DNA of 32,000 bases from an uncultured Candidatus Neoarthromitus sp. (GTDB lineage Bacteria; Bacillota; Clostridia; Clostridiales; Clostridiaceae), in assembly GCA_937890765.1 (NCBI GenBank), contig CALADQ010000007.1:125880-157879 (forward strand), in the 5' to 3' direction. The stretch's first letter is position 1. Every line of letters starts with the position of its first letter. The translations under genes and the position numbers were made by a program. The notes beneath the pieces were generated by a model. That model had not been told where the DNA came from. It made no database searches and saw only the letters and a program-made list of their open reading frames with translations. This document shows, piece by piece, positions 28,178 to 32,000 of the stretch.

Positions 28178-28837
28178 ATGATTGTTAATGAACTAGAAAA
28201 ACTTAAAAATTCTGTGATTGTTGATATTGATAATTTTAGAAATGAACATTTGAATGACAAAGAATTTATAAAATATGTTATAGATTTTTCAGAAAGAGGA
28301 GGAGCAAAAGGATTTTTGTCAAAGAGTTTGTCTAACTTAAACATTTTGAAAAAATTTACCTCTCTTCCTATCTTTGCAGAGATTGAAGAAAATTTTAACG
28401 ATATTCTAATTGCTAAGACTTACGATAATTTTAAAAAAATAGTTGACTTAAAACCAAATTTTATAATTATTGATATGTCAATATTTGAAGATAAATTTAA
28501 GGATTTGCAAAAGCTCGTTAAAGAATTAAGATTTAATTTTGATGGTGAATTAGTCGCACGAATTTCTACAAAGGAACAAGCTTTTGAAGCATACAGGTTG
28601 GGAATTGATGCACTTATGGTTGAAATTTTTGGATATTGTTTTGACGAATCAATTGTATTTGAAGTTTGTTCAGATATAAATATTCCTACAATAGCTAGTT
28701 TAAATTCGGTAGATTTTGATCAAGGAAAAAAACTTTTGGAAAATGGCGTGAATATTTTTGTTTTAGGAGAGGACGTTACGAATCCAAACGTCGTTATAAA
28801 ACGTTTCAGAAAAAATAGAAACTATACTTTTGTATAG
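28178..28837 (+). CDS. NanE-like (N-acetylmannosamine-6-phosphate 2-epimerase-like) TIM-barrel protein, probably divergent function
   Basis: 'RGGAKGFLSKSLSNLNILKKFTSLPIF', 'ISTKEQAFEAYRLGIDALMVEIFGY' and 'IPTIASLNSVDFDQGKKLLENGVNIFVLGEDVTNP' parallel NanE. It begins 11 bp after the solute-binding gene; RBS AGAGGTAAG. Confidence 0.6.
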   Translation: MIVNELEKLKNSVIVDIDNFRNEHLNDKEFIKYVIDFSERGGAKGFLSKSLSNLNILKKFTSLPIFAEIEENFNDILIAKTYDNFKKIVDLKPNFIIIDMSIFEDKFKDLQKLVKELRFNFDGELVARISTKEQAFEAYRLGIDALMVEIFGYCFDESIVFEVCSDINIPTIASLNSVDFDQGKKLLENGVNIFVLGEDVTNPNVVIKRFRKNRNYTFV

Positions 28838-28848
28838 TTTCTATTTTT
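28814..28848. terminator. Bidirectional terminator overlapping the 3' end of the NanE-like CDS
   Basis: Perfect 14-bp inverted repeat AATAGAAACTATAC (28814-28827) / GTATAGTTTCTATT (28832-28845), U-rich on both sides. Confidence 0.88.
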
Positions 28849-28856
28849 ATTTTCAT

Positions 28857-29711
28857 TTATAGACGAAGTGAATAGTTTCCCATTATTTGTTCTTGTCGAT
28901 TTACTAAGACAAACGCATCTGGATCTTCTTGCTCAAGGACTCGTTTTAATTTTATAAATTCATATTTTGAAATGACCGTTATAATAATGTATGTGTCTGT
29001 ATCTGTGTATCCTCCTGTTCCTTTCCAATATGTTGCACCGCGTTTCAATTCTTCAACAATTTTCTTGTAAAGAACAGGGTTCTTAGTAAATATAGTTATG
29101 TTTTCATTTATATTTTGAGGATACGATTTATCTACGGCTAAAGAATAAATTGCTGTGAAAATTATTGAATAAATAGCTGTTGGCAAAGTAAATAGTAATG
29201 CACAAACTCCATATACAACAGCATTAAACAATAAAGCAAATTTTCCAACGCTAAACCCTTTAAATTTTTGTGTGAAGTACAATCCTAAAATGTCTATTCC
29301 TCCACCAGTTCCTCCGGATTTTAAAGTTATACCAACGCCAACTCCTGACAAAATACCACCCATTAAACACGCAACAAAATATTCATCGACAATGGGAGTT
29401 ACAGGTATTTTAATTATTGAAAAAAATATTGTTTGAGTTGCGATTCCGAAGAACGTTCCCCAAAACAATGGTTTTCCAAAATGGAAATATGCCAAAAATA
29501 GCAGAGGAATATTTATTATGAAGTTTATTATTCCAGCTATATCAAACTGTGAATTATTCATATTGAGGAGTGTACGAATAATTTGAGAAATTCCAACAGT
29601 TCCTCCATTGTACAAATTAGCAGGTACAAGGAAAAGATTTATACCAGCAGCAAATAGTAAAGAACCTAGCGTAATGAAACAATACTCACTAATTATTTTT
29701 TTGTTTTTCAT
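28857..29711 (-). CDS. YitT family membrane protein with C-terminal DUF2179
   Basis: NLFLVPANLYNGGTVGISQIIRTLLN, LKSGGTGGGIDILGLYFTQKF, and C-terminal GGYTDTDTYIIITVISKYEFIKLKRVLEQEDPDAFVLV; RBS AAGGGGAA. Confidence 0.9.
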   Translation of the reverse strand: MKNKKIISEYCFITLGSLLFAAGINLFLVPANLYNGGTVGISQIIRTLLNMNNSQFDIAGIINFIINIPLLFLAYFHFGKPLFWGTFFGIATQTIFFSIIKIPVTPIVDEYFVACLMGGILSGVGVGITLKSGGTGGGIDILGLYFTQKFKGFSVGKFALLFNAVVYGVCALLFTLPTAIYSIIFTAIYSLAVDKSYPQNINENITIFTKNPVLYKKIVEELKRGATYWKGTGGYTDTDTYIIITVISKYEFIKLKRVLEQEDPDAFVLVNRQEQIMGNYSLRL

Positions 29712-29731
29712 AAAATTCCCCTTACATTCTG

Positions 29732-29760
29732 AAGAGAATTAAAAACGTTTTACTTCTCTT
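29732..29760 (-). promoter_or_regulatory. Imperfect palindrome in the 5' region of the yitT-like gene
   Basis: AAGAGAATTAAAA-ACG-TTTTACTTCTCTT: 13-nt arms, 12/13 complementary, 3-nt centre; 21-49 nt upstream of the start codon. Confidence 0.4.
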
Positions 29761-29946
29761 AGATATTTTTTAAATTGTAAAGTTATATAGTACATACAAT
29801 CAATTAATATTAGAATTTAGTTATTAATATGATATAATTTGTTGTTTTACTGTTAACGTGTTTTTATCAAGCGATTTGTACATTTAAAATATAAAATTCA
29901 TAGCAAATTATGTCAAGTAAGATGATTAAATTTTTAAAATAATAAA

Positions 29947-29974
29947 GCCATACTTTCTAATGATGAAGTATGGC
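29947..29974 (-). terminator. Terminator downstream of the minus-strand 29977-30489 gene
   Basis: GCCATACTT (29947-29955) / AAGTATGGC (29966-29974), followed on the minus strand by TTTATTATTTT. Confidence 0.75.
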
Positions 29975-29976
29975 AA

Positions 29977-30489
29977 TTAATTTTTTATTGATGATATGAC
30001 AAGAATTTTTAAAACTTTATTTTCAAAAATATATTCTGTTATGTTATCTAAAATTTGTATGATTTCATCAAAATCTAAATCTAAATTCATGTATATATTT
30101 GTGTTTAAAATGTTTTTGGATTTTTTAAAATGATTTTTAGAATTTGAAAAATGATAATTGTTTAGATAAAGTAAATTTATAGAATTTATTAGTTTTAAAT
30201 TGTATTCAACGCTTAAAAAATCAATTAATTTTGGGTAAAGATTAAATAAAGAAGGATTGTAAAACACAAGGTTATTTATTTTTGTACCACAAAATTTTTT
30301 GTACCCTAAATTGTATTCACTTGCTGGAATATTTTTAAAAAATACTTTCACTTCAGAATTTTGGCTGAGTTTTGCAGCAGAAATTATGATATTTTCTATT
30401 TCTTCATTTTTGTAATCACAAGTTGAATTTTGAGGTTTAAGATTTTCATTTTGGATGATTCTTAATTTAGGTTTTTGATTGTTAGGCAT
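29977..30489 (-). CDS. Hypothetical protein (170 aa)
   Basis: Intact ORF with RBS TGGAGAAA, followed by a terminator; no family recognised. Confidence 0.6.
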   Translation of the reverse strand: MPNNQKPKLRIIQNENLKPQNSTCDYKNEEIENIIISAAKLSQNSEVKVFFKNIPASEYNLGYKKFCGTKINNLVFYNPSLFNLYPKLIDFLSVEYNLKLINSINLLYLNNYHFSNSKNHFKKSKNILNTNIYMNLDLDFDEIIQILDNITEYIFENKVLKILVISSIKN

Positions 30490-30564
30490 TATAAAATTTC
30501 TCCATATTTAATTGGTGTACAGATATATTTTATTTAAATGTTTGGTTAAGTATGAAAAGGGAAA

Positions 30565-31296
30565 TTATTTTTTGGAATTAGAAATTTCTATAATTTTAGA
30601 AATTAACAAATCTAAGAATACAAAATATAAACAATCTGAAGTGAGATTGAAATTTTTAAAAGTTTTGTTGTTGTCTATGTAAAAAAATATGTGTGAGTTG
30701 TCGTGAACTTCTTTAAAAAGTTTATCTGATATTGTAATTACGATTTTGTTGTTTAAAAATTTTAAAGTATTTTTAATTGATGATTCATCCAAATCTATTG
30801 AAATGTAAATTATTAAATCTACATTTTTATTTTTTGATAAATTTTTTGGAGTTGATGATGTTGAAATTTTAAAATTTAAATTTTTGAATTTTTGTTCTGC
30901 GTATTGAGAAATTATTTTTGAAGAATCAGAATGCAAAATACAAAATGAATTGTATTTTAAAATAAGATTTGCCATTTCGTTAATTTTAATTTCGTCAATC
31001 CTTTCTGTAAAAACAGAAAACACCTCTAATGAATTTTTAAAAATATAATTTGAAGAATCCATAGAACTTTTTGAGAAGTCTTTCAATATTGAAATTAAAT
31101 TTTCAAAATTATCTACATTTATTTTTTTGCAAAACTTATTTATGGAATATTCAGTTACATTTAATTTTAAACTAAGTTCCTTTAAGCTCATTTTCGACGC
31201 AAAAAAAGTGTTTGACGAAATAAATTCAAATATGTAAAGTTCCTTTTCAGATAAAGAACTTTTAAAATCATTGAACATATCTTTAAACAAACTCAA
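30565..31296 (-). CDS. MurR/RpiR-type regulator with degenerate SIS-like domain
   Basis: N-terminal HTH_6-like 'LSEKELYIFEFISSNTFFASKMSLKELSLKLNVTEYSINKFCKKINVDNFENLISIL'; weak SIS-like alpha/beta C-terminal region. TTG start after GTGGTGAT. Confidence 0.6.
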   Translation of the reverse strand: MSLFKDMFNDFKSSLSEKELYIFEFISSNTFFASKMSLKELSLKLNVTEYSINKFCKKINVDNFENLISILKDFSKSSMDSSNYIFKNSLEVFSVFTERIDEIKINEMANLILKYNSFCILHSDSSKIISQYAEQKFKNLNFKISTSSTPKNLSKNKNVDLIIYISIDLDESSIKNTLKFLNNKIVITISDKLFKEVHDNSHIFFYIDNNKTFKNFNLTSDCLYFVFLDLLISKIIEISNSKK

Positions 31297-31448
31297 GTTA
31301 TCACCACATTTTCAAAATTACTATGTAAAAGGATAACATACTGCATAACTAAAGTAAATTTAAAAAATTTTTATGAAAAAATATAATATATTTACTTAAA
31401 GCTACGATAAATTAAAAAACTAGTTTTAATTTATAGGGAGATTTTGTT

Positions 31449-32000
31449 ATGAATATAAAAAGTATAAAGAACATTACAGGCATGATTAGCAAAAAAAGAT
31501 TTATAAGTGGTCTTTTATTAATTGGTGGAGTTGCTGCTGGAATTCTTGGAGCTAATATGGTAGCTAAAGCTAGCGAAGCAGTTGTTACTAGTAATCAAAA
31601 CAGAACGCGTTCAAATGATTTTTCTGCACAGTTAGCTGAAGTTGTGGTTCCATTAAGTAGCATAGAATCCGAAGATGAGCTTATAAATTTAGTTTTAGAA
31701 AGTGGAACTCAAGTTTTACTCGATGATTCTACAGGTAAAATGTATTTATGTTACGTAAATGAAGATTCTCAAGTTGAAATTGGAGAAATTGATGCAGATT
31801 CATTAAAAGAACTTTTACAACAAGAAATTGACAATATGGATGTTGAGCAAGAAGATTTTGCTTTGTATGGTTCAAGCGATTCATATATACCTAGAGAATA
31901 CTTAAGAGGTGGTTCTTCTCAAGGAAGAAAAAGATTGAAAAGCGAAGAAGGAAGACAAGCTATAGAAAATGCTAGAAAATTTAAACAATCTCAAAGATAA
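31449..32000 (+). CDS. Small exported or membrane-anchored protein (183 aa), unknown function
   Basis: RBS AGGGAG upstream of the ATG. N-terminal 'KKRFISGLLLIGGVAAGILGANMVAKASEAV' signal/TM segment, acidic middle, basic Q/R/K-rich tail. TAA at 31998-32000. Confidence 0.7.
   Translation: MNIKSIKNITGMISKKRFISGLLLIGGVAAGILGANMVAKASEAVVTSNQNRTRSNDFSAQLAEVVVPLSSIESEDELINLVLESGTQVLLDDSTGKMYLCYVNEDSQVEIGEIDADSLKELLQQEIDNMDVEQEDFALYGSSDSYIPREYLRGGSSQGRKRLKSEEGRQAIENARKFKQSQR

Noticed and set aside
12977-28344. Minus-strand ORFs 12977-13264, 13301-13483, 13575-13763, 11712-11900 (+), 19136-19330, 22290-22478, 22746-22931, 25388-25588, 28030-28344
   Set aside because: Antisense shadows of long, motif-supported coding sequences.
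1-32000. CRISPR arrays, tRNA/rRNA, transposases, phage or toxin-antitoxin modules
   Set aside because: None seen: no regularly spaced repeats, no recognisable RNA genes, and no mobile-element proteins.

Overview
AT-rich Firmicutes-like chromosomal segment (Clostridia/Tissierellia-type gene content and Shine-Dalgarno sites; taxon is an inference). In order: the 3' end of an M16C/PreP-like insulinase-family peptidase; three tandem CotS-like kinase-fold genes, the second and third apparently catalytically dead; a SAM-methyltransferase-like gene; a 76-aa minus-strand ORF; recJ; an orphan PAS-type sensor histidine kinase; murG; a membrane-anchored minus-strand protein; a TPR/transmembrane protein and a 163-aa partner; a lipoprotein; two adjacent giant secreted proteins (1528 and 2043 aa) built from beta-sandwich/Fn3-like modules and sharing a DUF4214-like C-terminus; zapA; a CDF-like transporter with altered metal-site residues; a MATE transporter; a GT51 peptidoglycan glycosyltransferase that may start at ATT; an orphan solute-binding lipoprotein; a NanE-like TIM-barrel protein with altered catalytic positions; a YitT/DUF2179 protein; a hypothetical plus a degenerate RpiR-type regulator; and a small exported or membrane protein. 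I saw no CRISPR array, tRNA, rRNA, transposase or phage genes. The best candidate for something undescribed is the 12.2-22.9 kb locus, where two giant paralogues appear to share a collinear array of about 11 modules, one with a 138-aa disordered insertion and the other with an extra ~630-aa N-terminal region. No database searches were run; family assignments come from motif recognition.
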